Origin: a virus
DNA length: 64,000 bases
Virus record (IMG/VR): IMGVR_UViG_3300042897_000994
Span: 64,001 to 128,000 of that record
Reading direction: 5' to 3' (one strand)
The notes beneath the pieces were generated by a model. That model was not told the origin of the DNA. It saw only the letters and a program-made list of their open reading frames with translations, and searched no databases. Positions within the stretch are counted from its first letter, which is position 1. Every line of letters begins with the position of its first letter. Made by a program: the position numbers and the translations under genes. Positions 44,765-53,744 of the stretch are shown piece after piece.

Positions 44765-45295
44765 ATGTCGCAAACATACGTGACCTCGGATCATTTTATT
44801 GGAAGAACGAATATCCTAAAGATTAACAATAGGTCATATTCTTCTATAGAAGAAATGAACCAAGATTTTGTTAGACGTTGGAACTCTAAAGTTAAAAGCG
44901 AAGATACAGTTTATCATTTAGGAAATTTTATATGGGATCCTCTTATAGGATCTGAGTATTTACAGTTACTAAATGGAAAGATAATCTTAATTCCAACTCA
45001 AAACGATAAAGCTTCAGTTGAACTATCTAGTATAGCTAAAAATCATCTTACATTAGCTAAAGATAAAATCGTAGAATTGCCTAAATATGGAATCGTAATG
45101 TCTCACTATCCACAAGAAGATTGGAATGGAAAGGATTCAGGGACTATACACCTACATGGCGGAAAATCAGAAATTAAAACAGATCTTACTCTTTCCAGAA
45201 GAGTAAATTGTTCTGTAGAACTTTGGGACTATTATCCGGTAGAAATAAACGCAATATTAGACTTTGTTAAAGAATTTGAAGAAAATAGAAAATGA
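44765..45295 (+). CDS. Calcineurin-like metallophosphoesterase fold with degenerate metal ligands
   Basis: 'VTSDH', 'EEMN...RWN..V...DTVYHLGN', 'SHYP', 'HLHG', 'NCSVE'. Confidence 0.8.
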   Translation: MSQTYVTSDHFIGRTNILKINNRSYSSIEEMNQDFVRRWNSKVKSEDTVYHLGNFIWDPLIGSEYLQLLNGKIILIPTQNDKASVELSSIAKNHLTLAKDKIVELPKYGIVMSHYPQEDWNGKDSGTIHLHGGKSEIKTDLTLSRRVNCSVELWDYYPVEINAILDFVKEFEENRK

Positions 45296-46032
45296 ACGAA
45301 ACCTACCGGCAACTGGCAATACATTTTAAGGAAACAAAAGACGAAAAGACATTCAACAAGCTCTATGCTCGTATCAAACCCGGTTTGACAAACTACATCT
45401 ATAATATCGTTAAAGATAGAGAAGCTGCCAATGATATCGTATCAGATACTCTAACTAAATTATACACCTTAATAGACACTTATAATCCCCAATATGAAGT
45501 TACAACTTGGCTCTATCGAATAGCTAAAAATGACGCAATTCATTTCATTTATTATCGTAACTCTTTTACTTCTTTGAACGCTTTTGCAGATAAAGGATAT
45601 GAAGCTATTGATAGTGATGATCTAAAAAGATTTGGGGGAAAATCTTTGAGTATAGACGAGTCTTATCAACAAACAAATGTAGAAAAAGAGCATCTAGAAA
45701 AAGAAGAAAATCTACAGAAAAAATATAATATTTGCGTAGATGCAATAAACTCTCTGAAGCCAAAATATCGCCAGATAATGATGGATCGTTTCTTTGGAAA
45801 AATGGCGTATCAAGATATTGAAGCAAAGATAAACAATCCAATCTTTGAAAAAATCAAAGAGATAGAAGAAGATTCCAATTTAACTGAGGATGAGAGAAAA
45901 TATGCTCTGAAGAAACTAAAATCTTCTCTTATAAATCTTCAAACTGTTAAAAATAGAATACATAGAGGGAGGAAGATTATCCAAGAAATTCTAGGCAATC
46001 ATCCTATCTTCTGTGTGCGCGAAGATATATAA
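45292..46032 (+). CDS. ECF-type RNA polymerase sigma factor
   Basis: Region 2 'AANDIVSDT..K......YNP.Y..TTWLYRIAKN'; region 4 'L.PKYRQI......MAYQDI...TVKNRIHRGR'. Confidence 0.9.
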   Translation: MNETYRQLAIHFKETKDEKTFNKLYARIKPGLTNYIYNIVKDREAANDIVSDTLTKLYTLIDTYNPQYEVTTWLYRIAKNDAIHFIYYRNSFTSLNAFADKGYEAIDSDDLKRFGGKSLSIDESYQQTNVEKEHLEKEENLQKKYNICVDAINSLKPKYRQIMMDRFFGKMAYQDIEAKINNPIFEKIKEIEEDSNLTEDERKYALKKLKSSLINLQTVKNRIHRGRKIIQEILGNHPIFCVREDI

Positions 46033-46046
46033 AAAAAATAAAAATT

Positions 46047-46517
46047 ATGCTCAAGAAGTTTCAAGAATACATTAAAGAAGGTGATTCAGGTGAAGCTCCT
46101 CACTATATGTTCTTTGGAAATCTTAAAACGATTCAGAAAGACGTAAATATGCTTTTATCTCTCCCAGAAGATCAAGTTGCCGCAATATTAGCGAACGGTC
46201 ATGATTGGGCATCTGATCATATTGCCACATCTAAAGATGACATTGAAGAAGTTACTAATTTTTTTTCCGGCGAATTTTCACCAATGATAGGTGAAGGTTT
46301 CATAGAAGGTGCTTTAACCGCCGCATTCGAAGACTACACTAAATCTATAAGCAAATTTACAGATCTTCAAAAGACTTTTATCACAATGTCTAAAGACAGA
46401 GTAACTGAAAGACAAAAAGTTAAAAATCAGTTGATAGAAGCTCTAAGAGATTTAAGAGCTAAAGAATCTTATTATAAAGAAGTTCTGCAAGAAGACGCAG
46501 ACTTCTTTGAGATGTAA
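46047..46517 (+). CDS. Hypothetical late protein with capsid-targeting-like leader
   Basis: GATATATA at 46024; MLKKFQEYIKE; 'YMFFGNL...GHDWASDHIATSKDD'. Confidence 0.65.
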   Translation: MLKKFQEYIKEGDSGEAPHYMFFGNLKTIQKDVNMLLSLPEDQVAAILANGHDWASDHIATSKDDIEEVTNFFSGEFSPMIGEGFIEGALTAAFEDYTKSISKFTDLQKTFITMSKDRVTERQKVKNQLIEALRDLRAKESYYKEVLQEDADFFEM

Positions 46518-46541
46518 ACTTTATGCTCTTTCTTTCTATAA
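46516..46541 (+). promoter_or_regulatory. Putative middle promoter AAAC-N17-TATAA
   Basis: AAACTTTATG...CTATAA. Confidence 0.55.
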
Positions 46542-46553
46542 AAAAGAAAGGTT

Positions 46554-46964
46554 ATGTACTGGATAAATTTCTTTAAAGAAATCTCGATATGGAGAATGGT
46601 TCGAAGAATCGCTCGCAGAAATCAAAATCTCCTCGAAGAGAATAATTTAAGAGTCGATTGGGTTGGTAGAATGTACACGGTAGTAAATCTGCCTGATGAG
46701 ATTATCGAAAATCCCTATTTAGAACAGACTTATGTAATTTCTCAATTGAGAGAGTATGACAAAATGTTAATATCCCTAGGATTAGCTGATGTTGTTTATC
46801 CTGAATTTTCAAAAATTGAAGGGGAAGCTGCCTATTTACTTGTTCTTTATCCCGAATCAGATTATTTAAACTGGTCAAGATTCATCTTTAATCTTCTTAT
46901 CACTGGATCTGTAATTACTTGTCTCTATTTTTTCTGGACTCTCTATCTTTCTAAATATATTTAA
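46554..46964 (+). CDS. Hypothetical protein with C-terminal transmembrane helix
   Basis: 'FIFNLLITGSVITCLYFFWTLYL'. Confidence 0.65.
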   Translation: MYWINFFKEISIWRMVRRIARRNQNLLEENNLRVDWVGRMYTVVNLPDEIIENPYLEQTYVISQLREYDKMLISLGLADVVYPEFSKIEGEAAYLLVLYPESDYLNWSRFIFNLLITGSVITCLYFFWTLYLSKYI

Positions 46965-47716
46965 TGGGAAAGACCGTAAGTATTAACAACAAGAGATATT
47001 ATGTTGTTGACGAAAACAATCTAATCTATTTACCTTCAGTAACTACTATTATAGGTTCAATGACTGATAAAACCGGTCTTGAACAATGGAGAAAAAGAAT
47101 AGGAGAAGAAGAAGCAGACAAAATTTCAAAATTTAGTGCCAATCGAGGCACTCTAATGCATACGTATATAGAAAATTTTTTAACATCTGAAAAAGAAGAA
47201 AAGAGAGATAAACTGTTAGATTCTTTAGAAGTTACTACTACATATGCAAGAAGAAATAATTTTACTGAAGATGAAATAAAAGTCGGTAGAATGCTTTTTT
47301 TCAATTTTTATAACGGAGGTCATTTCGATGTCATTAAAAGAGTAGTAATGCACGAAGAAATGTTATTCTCGCTTAACGGCGGAGGATATGCAGGTAGAGT
47401 AGATGATATTTACGAATCTTTGGATTCAAGTATAGTCATAGCAGATTATAAGACAAGTAAAAAACCAAAGAAAGAAGAGTGGATAGAAGGATATAAAATG
47501 CAAATCAGTGCATATTTTGTAGCTTATTGGGAAATGTTTGGAATTAAACCCCAAAGAGCAGAAATTTGGATCAGTAATGAACAAGATCATTTTCCACAAA
47601 TCTTTACAATGGATCAATCGGCTATTAAAGAATACTATACAAAATTCATCGAATTAGTAAAAGGCTTTCATTCTAAATTTCCTGTCGAGGTTTCCGAATA
47701 TATAAATAACAAATAA
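46964..47716 (+). CDS. PD-(D/E)xK exonuclease (RecB/Cas4-like phage exonuclease)
   Basis: 'PSVTT', 'W..R.G', 'RGT.MH..IE', 'AGRVD', 'DYKTS', 'QISAY'. Confidence 0.9.
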   Translation: MGKTVSINNKRYYVVDENNLIYLPSVTTIIGSMTDKTGLEQWRKRIGEEEADKISKFSANRGTLMHTYIENFLTSEKEEKRDKLLDSLEVTTTYARRNNFTEDEIKVGRMLFFNFYNGGHFDVIKRVVMHEEMLFSLNGGGYAGRVDDIYESLDSSIVIADYKTSKKPKKEEWIEGYKMQISAYFVAYWEMFGIKPQRAEIWISNEQDHFPQIFTMDQSAIKEYYTKFIELVKGFHSKFPVEVSEYINNK

Positions 47717-47728
47717 AAAAAATTTGTA

Positions 47729-48232
47729 ATGTCCGAAATCAACGAGAACGAACAAGAACTTCTTAATACTTTTATGAAGAAGAAGTCTGCAGGCGAAGAA
47801 CCACCAGTAGACAAAAATGCGGAAGAGATGATTTCCCGTTGGGACAAGAAAAAACAGGGAACTTGCCCACGTTGCGGCAATAAAGTAAAATATTGTTCTT
47901 GCCCAGAAGATGACTACTATAGCACAGTAAATGCATACAGAATACCAAACACTAAAAAGGTAGAAGTAGAAGAAAACTACGTTAAAACCTTTGAACAGTT
48001 TGTAGATGATGGATCATCAAGGCTAGATTCTTACCCCAAGTCTGTTGCTCAAGTGAACGCTTTTTTAAAGAGTAAAAATGTAGAAGAAATATTGAATAGA
48101 GGTAAAGGCTATTTTTACTTTTCTAAAGGTAGATCATATGACTGGCCGTCAACATCGGTTTATGTTTATGGGATAAATGACATGACATTTGAAGAATGGT
48201 ATGACGAATATAAAAAACTATCTAATTTTTAA
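47729..48232 (+). CDS. Hypothetical late protein with Cys cluster and internal capsid-targeting-like motif
   Basis: AATATATA at 47697; CPRC...CSC; 'YVKTFEQF'. Confidence 0.6.
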   Translation: MSEINENEQELLNTFMKKKSAGEEPPVDKNAEEMISRWDKKKQGTCPRCGNKVKYCSCPEDDYYSTVNAYRIPNTKKVEVEENYVKTFEQFVDDGSSRLDSYPKSVAQVNAFLKSKNVEEILNRGKGYFYFSKGRSYDWPSTSVYVYGINDMTFEEWYDEYKKLSNF

Positions 48233-48235
48233 ACT

Positions 48236-48535
48236 ATGAATAAAATAGAAAATTTTCTAAACAAACACTTTCAAAAACTCGTAGCTGTTTTTTTGATTTT
48301 GATTTTTGTTCAAACATGCGGAGATGATGCTAAGCCTCTTCGTAAAAGAGTGGAAACTCTATCAGCTAAAATTGATTCTCTAGATCAAAAAGCTATCAGT
48401 AAAAAGGATCTTCAAATTGAAGGTTTAAAGGTTGAAAAAAGACTTATTCAAGCTACTGATAGAAAGTTGATGGACGTAAACAGACAATTTGAAATAGAAA
48501 AAGAGATCGAATCTCTACAGAAAAATAAAAAATAA
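48236..48535 (+). CDS. Membrane-anchored coiled-coil protein (possible lipoprotein or spanin-like)
   Basis: Hydrophobic stretch ending in QTC, then coiled coil. Confidence 0.5.
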   Translation: MNKIENFLNKHFQKLVAVFLILIFVQTCGDDAKPLRKRVETLSAKIDSLDQKAISKKDLQIEGLKVEKRLIQATDRKLMDVNRQFEIEKEIESLQKNKK

Positions 48536-48536
48536 A

Positions 48537-49094
48537 ATGGCGACTATTGCTTCACTTTTAAAATCTGCAACCGGATGTGCTGCACCTTCAATGTGCGGAA
48601 AATACGGAGCGTTTGTAGATTGCATAGTGGACATAGTGCAGGGAGAATCTCCCTGCTTTTCTATTCAAATTTACGACGCAAATCTAGAAAGAGCTAATTT
48701 AGCAAACTTTGATCTAATTCAAGTTGTTGTAACTGATATTGGTGGAAATACAGTAGGGATTTTTTCAGATCCTAGATTGATAGGATCTGAATTAGATCAG
48801 CCCCTCACTGTAGATGATGTAGATGGAATCTTAAGTTTTTGTATTCCTGGGAGTTTAACTCTGTATGCAATGACTGGTAAATTATTAGCAGACATTAGGT
48901 TAACTTCACTAGATTCTGCTGGGAATTCTGATAATGTTTACATCACATGTCTTTGGATTGGAAACATTAAAGCTACTAGATTTAATAATATGTCTTCTAG
49001 TACTTCCTCTGGATCATCTGGTTCTGCTGGAACTAGTGGAATAGCTCCTGATTATCACGGAACAAGTGGTAATACCATAACAATACCAACATAA
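48537..49094 (+). CDS. Putative virion/fibre attachment protein
   Basis: Beta-rich; ends in a short SSG/TSG run like the next gene. Confidence 0.45.
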   Translation: MATIASLLKSATGCAAPSMCGKYGAFVDCIVDIVQGESPCFSIQIYDANLERANLANFDLIQVVVTDIGGNTVGIFSDPRLIGSELDQPLTVDDVDGILSFCIPGSLTLYAMTGKLLADIRLTSLDSAGNSDNVYITCLWIGNIKATRFNNMSSSTSSGSSGSAGTSGIAPDYHGTSGNTITIPT

Positions 49095-49102
49095 GAAGAA
49101 AC

Positions 49103-50167
49103 ATGCCATATTCTGATATTTCGCTTATTACTGATTCATATCTTTTATTTCAACCGCTTGATTTCATACAGTTGTCACATGATGAAAACAATTATATCAT
49201 CGGAAGAGTTGTCAGCTATAATCCAAATACCGGAAATCTTGTTTTTACTCCTATTCAGGTAAATGGATCGGGTACTTATAGTTCATGGACTGTAGCTCTG
49301 TCTGGTTCGCCAGGTTTGTCCGGTTCTTCTGGTCTTAGTGGTAGTTCAGGAACATCTGGTTCTTCAGGAACTTCAGGTTCTTCTGGTTCTTCAGGAACTT
49401 CAGGTTCTTCAGGATCTAGTGGTAGTTCAGGAACATCTGGTTCTTCAGGAACTTCAGGTTCTTCTGGTTCTTCAGGAACTTCAGGTTCTTCAGGATCTAG
49501 TGGAACTTCAGGTTCTTCGGGATCTTCAGGAACTTCAGGTTCTTCTGGTTCTTCAGGAACTTCAGGTTCTTCAGGATCTAGTGGAACTTCAGGTTCTTCG
49601 GGATCTTCCGGGACATCTGGTTCTTCAGGATCTAGTGGTTCATCAGGTTCATCAGGAACTAGCGGTACAGATGGTTCTAGCGGTTCTTCAGGAACAAGCG
49701 GTTCATCAGGTAGTTCAGGAAGCTCGGGTTCAAGTGGTTCTTCAGGTTCTTCAGGTTCATCTGGATCTTCAGGATCTTCAGGATCGTCTGGGACAAGTGG
49801 TACATCATTCAGTTCTCCATATTCAGGAAACATACAGATCAACGGACAAGCTTGGGTAACGGCTGATGCTAACGGTAACACCTCGGCAAGCACCACTGTC
49901 AATTGGAATGATAGTAATATACAGACATTTACATTAAACGCAGCAACTACAACATTTACTTTCAGTAACCCAAATGCTGGTGCCACATATATTCTTATTA
50001 TAAGACAAAACGCAGAAGGATCTTATACGATTACATGGCCTGTAACCGTGGCTTGGGCTGGTGCATCTACGCCTACTATGACAGCAACAGCCAGCAGATA
50101 CGATGTTTACACTTTTGTTTATGATGGATCTAAGTACTTTGGATCATATGTACAAAACTTTACATAA
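49103..50167 (+). CDS. Fibre protein with collagen-like (G-S-S / G-T-S)n stalk
   Basis: About 55 Gly-X-Y triplets; C-terminal 'LIIRQ..GS..ITWP..V.W' fibre-tip domain. Confidence 0.8.
   Translation: MPYSDISLITDSYLLFQPLDFIQLSHDENNYIIGRVVSYNPNTGNLVFTPIQVNGSGTYSSWTVALSGSPGLSGSSGLSGSSGTSGSSGTSGSSGSSGTSGSSGSSGSSGTSGSSGTSGSSGSSGTSGSSGSSGTSGSSGSSGTSGSSGSSGTSGSSGSSGTSGSSGSSGTSGSSGSSGSSGSSGTSGTDGSSGSSGTSGSSGSSGSSGSSGSSGSSGSSGSSGSSGSSGTSGTSFSSPYSGNIQINGQAWVTADANGNTSASTTVNWNDSNIQTFTLNAATTTFTFSNPNAGATYILIIRQNAEGSYTITWPVTVAWAGASTPTMTATASRYDVYTFVYDGSKYFGSYVQNFT
49301..49803 (+). repeat. 9-bp codon-triplet repeat array with 81-bp higher-order duplications
   Basis: TCAGGTTCT / TCAGGAACT units; the block starting TAGTGGTAGTTCAGG at 49336 recurs at 49417. 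Confidence 0.9.
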
Positions 50168-52167
50168 TGATAGTATTTCCATTTTCATTTATTAAGTCGA
50201 TTTCAAATCTAGATGAAGGGCTTATTATTCATTTAGATGCAAATGATCCTTCAAGTTATCCTGGTACTGGTACAGCAGTATTTGACTTGGCTGGCCCATA
50301 CGATCACACTTTAACCGGTGCAACTTACACAGTTCTTAATGGCATAAGGTGTTTTGATTGCACAACAGGAACTAAAAGAGTTGTTGTGGATGGAACTGGT
50401 CCTACTTTACCAACTTCGGGATACACCTATATTACTTGGGCGAGATTGGAAGCTAATCCATCAGCATTCAGAACATTACTTTACACCAATTCACCTAGAT
50501 ACACACCAATCACAATTCTCGATGGAACTGATACTCTAGGTTATTGGGACAGTGCATTTAGAAGCTCTGGTTACAACACTGCATCTTCAGTCGGGGTTTG
50601 GGTTCAATATGCGATAGTCGGAGATAGTTCATCTCAAACATTTTACATAAACGGATTACAAGTTGGAAGTTCAATCTCTTATGGAGCAGGGGGAACTGCA
50701 CATTTCGGATGGGGAAATAATCATAATGTAACCCAACCTTGGGGTTATGTTGCAAACTTGTACTTATACAATAGAAAATTATCCTTTCCTGAGATCGTAG
50801 AACAATATAACACACTTTCTCCAGCCTTTAATCTGGTTCTGGATTATAACACATTTAATACATCATCATATAGTGGTAGTGGAACAACTATCAATGATTT
50901 AAGTGGTAATAGTAGGAATGGAACAATCACAGGTTCTCCAACCTGGACTAGTAATTATTTTACTTTTAGTGATGATTATGTAACAACACCAAATTTAAGT
51001 TCAGTAATAACAGCACTTAACGAAGTTCATTCAGTAGAGGTATGGGTATATCCGACTAATAATGGAGTACTGGTTCAATATAATGGTACTCCGACTCCAA
51101 ATAATACGGGATACCACGCTTCCGCAATAGAAATAGTTGGTGGTAATTTAGAAGTTGGACTTTGGGATGGAACTGTATTAGCTTCAACCGGCAACATAGG
51201 TGCAGTTTCATTTAATGAATGGCATCAAATAGTTTTAACCTACAACGGTTCAGTATGTAGGGGATACCTTGATGGGGTATTTAAGGGTTCGGTGAATGTA
51301 GCATGGGATTCACCTATGGATTATTCTCTACCATTTTATATGAACTTTGGTCCCCAAGATTCTACAAATCAGGGTGACGGAAGTTATTTTGATGGTAGAT
51401 TTGGTATAATGCGAGTATATAATACCGCTTTAACCGACGCACAGGTATTATCTAATTATAATTCTACCGTACCAACTATCGTTAATATAACCACCAATGG
51501 TTTGGTATTATATTACGACCCATCAAGTGCATCATCATATCCAGGCAGTGGTACAACTATTACTGATTTAAGTGGTAACGGTAGAAATGGAACGATGTCA
51601 AATATAACATATACATCCCCTTACTTTGTATACAATGGTTCTTCGTCTCAAGTTAGTATTGCTGACAATGCATTATTAGAACCGGGGAGTGGGGATTGGA
51701 CAATGGAAGTATGGGTTAACCAATCTGTTTCAGGTAACGATGTTGTATTAGGAAAGTTCGATCCAGGCGGACTCGCAGTAGATGTGAGTTATAGTATAAG
51801 AACAACCAATACAACCTATTATGCTCAAATAGGTTCGGGCTCTGGATCAGGCTCAACACTATTCGTAAACAGTACAAATTATGTAGGAACTATTGGTTCT
51901 TGGTCCCAAATAGTTTATGTATTTACAAATGTTGCTGCTAATACACTTCAAACATTTGTCAACGGTTCAAGCATAGGTACTGTAAGTCACAGTTTACCAA
52001 GTATATTAAACACTTCTGCTAATTTATACATCGGTTCATATAATAATGGTGAATCTCTACAATACTTTGACGGTAAAATTGGAATAACCCGCTTATACAA
52101 TAGAGCATTAACTGCATCGGAAGTTTTGGATAATTACAATGCAGATAGATCTAAGTATAGTTTATAA
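50167..52167 (+). CDS. Triple LamG/concanavalin-like domain protein (fibre/adhesin)
   Basis: Three units starting '(G/N)L...D....SY(P/S)G(S/T)GT...DL(S/A)G' and ending 'YN(R/T)(A/K)L(S/T)...Y'. Confidence 0.9.
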   Translation: MIVFPFSFIKSISNLDEGLIIHLDANDPSSYPGTGTAVFDLAGPYDHTLTGATYTVLNGIRCFDCTTGTKRVVVDGTGPTLPTSGYTYITWARLEANPSAFRTLLYTNSPRYTPITILDGTDTLGYWDSAFRSSGYNTASSVGVWVQYAIVGDSSSQTFYINGLQVGSSISYGAGGTAHFGWGNNHNVTQPWGYVANLYLYNRKLSFPEIVEQYNTLSPAFNLVLDYNTFNTSSYSGSGTTINDLSGNSRNGTITGSPTWTSNYFTFSDDYVTTPNLSSVITALNEVHSVEVWVYPTNNGVLVQYNGTPTPNNTGYHASAIEIVGGNLEVGLWDGTVLASTGNIGAVSFNEWHQIVLTYNGSVCRGYLDGVFKGSVNVAWDSPMDYSLPFYMNFGPQDSTNQGDGSYFDGRFGIMRVYNTALTDAQVLSNYNSTVPTIVNITTNGLVLYYDPSSASSYPGSGTTITDLSGNGRNGTMSNITYTSPYFVYNGSSSQVSIADNALLEPGSGDWTMEVWVNQSVSGNDVVLGKFDPGGLAVDVSYSIRTTNTTYYAQIGSGSGSGSTLFVNSTNYVGTIGSWSQIVYVFTNVAANTLQTFVNGSSIGTVSHSLPSILNTSANLYIGSYNNGESLQYFDGKIGITRLYNRALTASEVLDNYNADRSKYSL

Positions 52168-52212
52168 ATGTAACTATAAATGGCTTTAGGATATATAATT
52201 GAAATATAGTTG

Positions 52213-52596
52213 ATGAAACATATTATGTTATTCGAAGAATTCATCGGAGAAGCTGGACGCTATCCGTATGTGGATCCAGAAGAAGGTACTGGTAAAAAAC
52301 CTGAAGGATCCGGTCGTAGACTATACACAGATGAAAATCCAGATGATACAGTACCTGTAAAATTTAGAACAAAGGAAGATATAGTAGATACTCTTAACAG
52401 AGAAGACTTTAAGTCTAAACCTCATGTTAGACAGTCTCAAATAATTAATCTCATTCATCAAAGAACTCGAGCTGCTCATAAACACGCTAAAGATCCAAAA
52501 GTTATTAAAAGACTTGGAAGAGCTCTAGAATATATTGAAAAAGTTAAAGAGGAGTCAAAGAAGAAAACAATAGAATTAAACAAAGATAAAAAATGA
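52213..52596 (+). CDS. Hypothetical late protein with capsid-targeting-like leader
   Basis: GATATATA at 52190; MKHIMLFEEFIGE; 'GTGKKPEGSGRRLYTDENP'. Confidence 0.7.
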   Translation: MKHIMLFEEFIGEAGRYPYVDPEEGTGKKPEGSGRRLYTDENPDDTVPVKFRTKEDIVDTLNREDFKSKPHVRQSQIINLIHQRTRAAHKHAKDPKVIKRLGRALEYIEKVKEESKKKTIELNKDKK

Positions 52597-53516
52597 AAAA
52601 AGAAAAAATAGTAAGAGGATCAGTAATCTCAACCTTTGTGATCCTTTATTTGATGGTTTCGATTATTTCGACTATTCACGTAATAGACTTTTTCGAACTT
52701 TCAAACCCGTATTGGCTAGCAGTCACTTTGGCTATTGCCTTTGAAGTTGGAGCTGCTGCTTCATTAGCTTCTTTGGTTATTTTAGATAAAATGAATAGAG
52801 GCTTGGTTTGGACTCTATTCAGCGCAATCACTCTGATGCAAATGCAGGGTAATATGTACTACGCATTTACTAATCTTCAGGATTTTACTTCATGGTCAGA
52901 ACTTTTTGGATTAATAGAAGAAGAAGTAATCTTTCAAAAGAGAATCATTGCTGCAGTGTCAGGAGCAATATTACCTCTTGTTGCATTAGGATTTATCAAA
53001 TCCCTGGTAGATTATATCAAGCCAGAGTCTGAGAAAGAAAAACTAATAGAAGAGGAAGAGAAAGAAGTAAAAGAAGAAATTTTAGGATCAGAAGAATATC
53101 TTTTTAATTTACAAAAAAATGAGATAAAGGAAGAACCGAAAAAGGAATCCTTCGAAGATTATTTAGTAGATATCCCACTTAAGTACGCAGAATCATATTC
53201 AGAACCTTCAATAGAAGAAAATGTAGAAGATATGAGAAAGGTAGTAGAAGCATATGATGATTTAGAAGAAGAAATCAAAGAATGGGAAGAAGCTTCATTA
53301 ACAGACTTTAACGAAGATGTCGAATGGGACGAATCACACGCTTTAGATCAAGTCCTAAACGATATTGCAGAAGAAGTTGAAGAAGAAGTTGAAGAAGAAG
53401 TTGGAGAGATTGAAGTTACTGAAGAACCGGAAGTTGTAGTCTCAGAAGAAAATGATTTCTCAGAATCTATTCAAACGGAAGAAGAAAACGAAAACGCCGA
53501 AGAAAAAAAAAGTTGA
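52593..53516 (+). CDS. Four-TM membrane protein with long acidic tail, ending at an A9 slippery site
   Basis: Four hydrophobic segments in the first 140 aa; Glu-rich C-terminal half; ends EEKKS*. Confidence 0.75.
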   Translation: MKKEKIVRGSVISTFVILYLMVSIISTIHVIDFFELSNPYWLAVTLAIAFEVGAAASLASLVILDKMNRGLVWTLFSAITLMQMQGNMYYAFTNLQDFTSWSELFGLIEEEVIFQKRIIAAVSGAILPLVALGFIKSLVDYIKPESEKEKLIEEEEKEVKEEILGSEEYLFNLQKNEIKEEPKKESFEDYLVDIPLKYAESYSEPSIEENVEDMRKVVEAYDDLEEEIKEWEEASLTDFNEDVEWDESHALDQVLNDIAEEVEEEVEEEVGEIEVTEEPEVVVSEENDFSESIQTEEENENAEEKKS

Positions 53517-53662
53517 TAGATCAAATACGAAAGAGATATTCAACCCCTTCGACAATAACGGAGGATTCTTCAGAAGATTCGACCACAAGACAGCGAGGTG
53601 GATCGATGTCAAATAGAACAAGAACTAATAAGTTCGTAGTTGGTAGTAGAAAAAGAAGATAA
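53510..53662 (+). CDS. Putative -1 frame extension of 52593..53516
   Basis: Open frame KLIDQIRKRYSTPSTITEDSSEDSTTRQRGGSMSNRTRTNKFVVGSRKRR*. Confidence 0.55.
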   Translation, partial: KLIDQIRKRYSTPSTITEDSSEDSTTRQRGGSMSNRTRTNKFVVGSRKRR

Positions 53663-53723
53663 TGACATTTTGTCATAAAGTTTATTAGAAAAAATTATAA
53701 AATGAGACATTTTGTCTCATTTT
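53662..53723 (+). promoter_or_regulatory. Two related palindromic operator/UAS-like sites
   Basis: ATGACA-TTT-TGTCAT (53662-53676) and AAAATGAGACA-TTT-TGTCTCATTTT (53699-53723); centres 42 bp apart. Confidence 0.7.
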
Positions 53724-53729
53724 TCTTTT

Positions 53730-53744
53730 TGGCATACTTTTTGA
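53730..53744 (+). promoter_or_regulatory. Sigma54-like -24/-12 promoter
   Basis: TGGCAT-ACTTT-TTGA versus consensus TGGCAC-N5-TTGC, with exact spacing. Confidence 0.55.

Noticed and set aside
46964-47716. Cas4-like nuclease as part of a CRISPR system
   Set aside because: No Fe-S cysteine cluster, no other cas genes and no array; typical stand-alone phage exonuclease.
49301-49803. Repeat array as possible CRISPR
   Set aside because: No unique spacers; units are in-frame 9-bp codon triplets inside a gene.
49276-49986. 236-aa minus-strand Pro/Glu ORF and 173-aa alternative plus-frame ORF (49338..49859)
   Set aside because: Shadows of the stop-free SSG/TSG repeat; the fibre frame has proper flanking domains.
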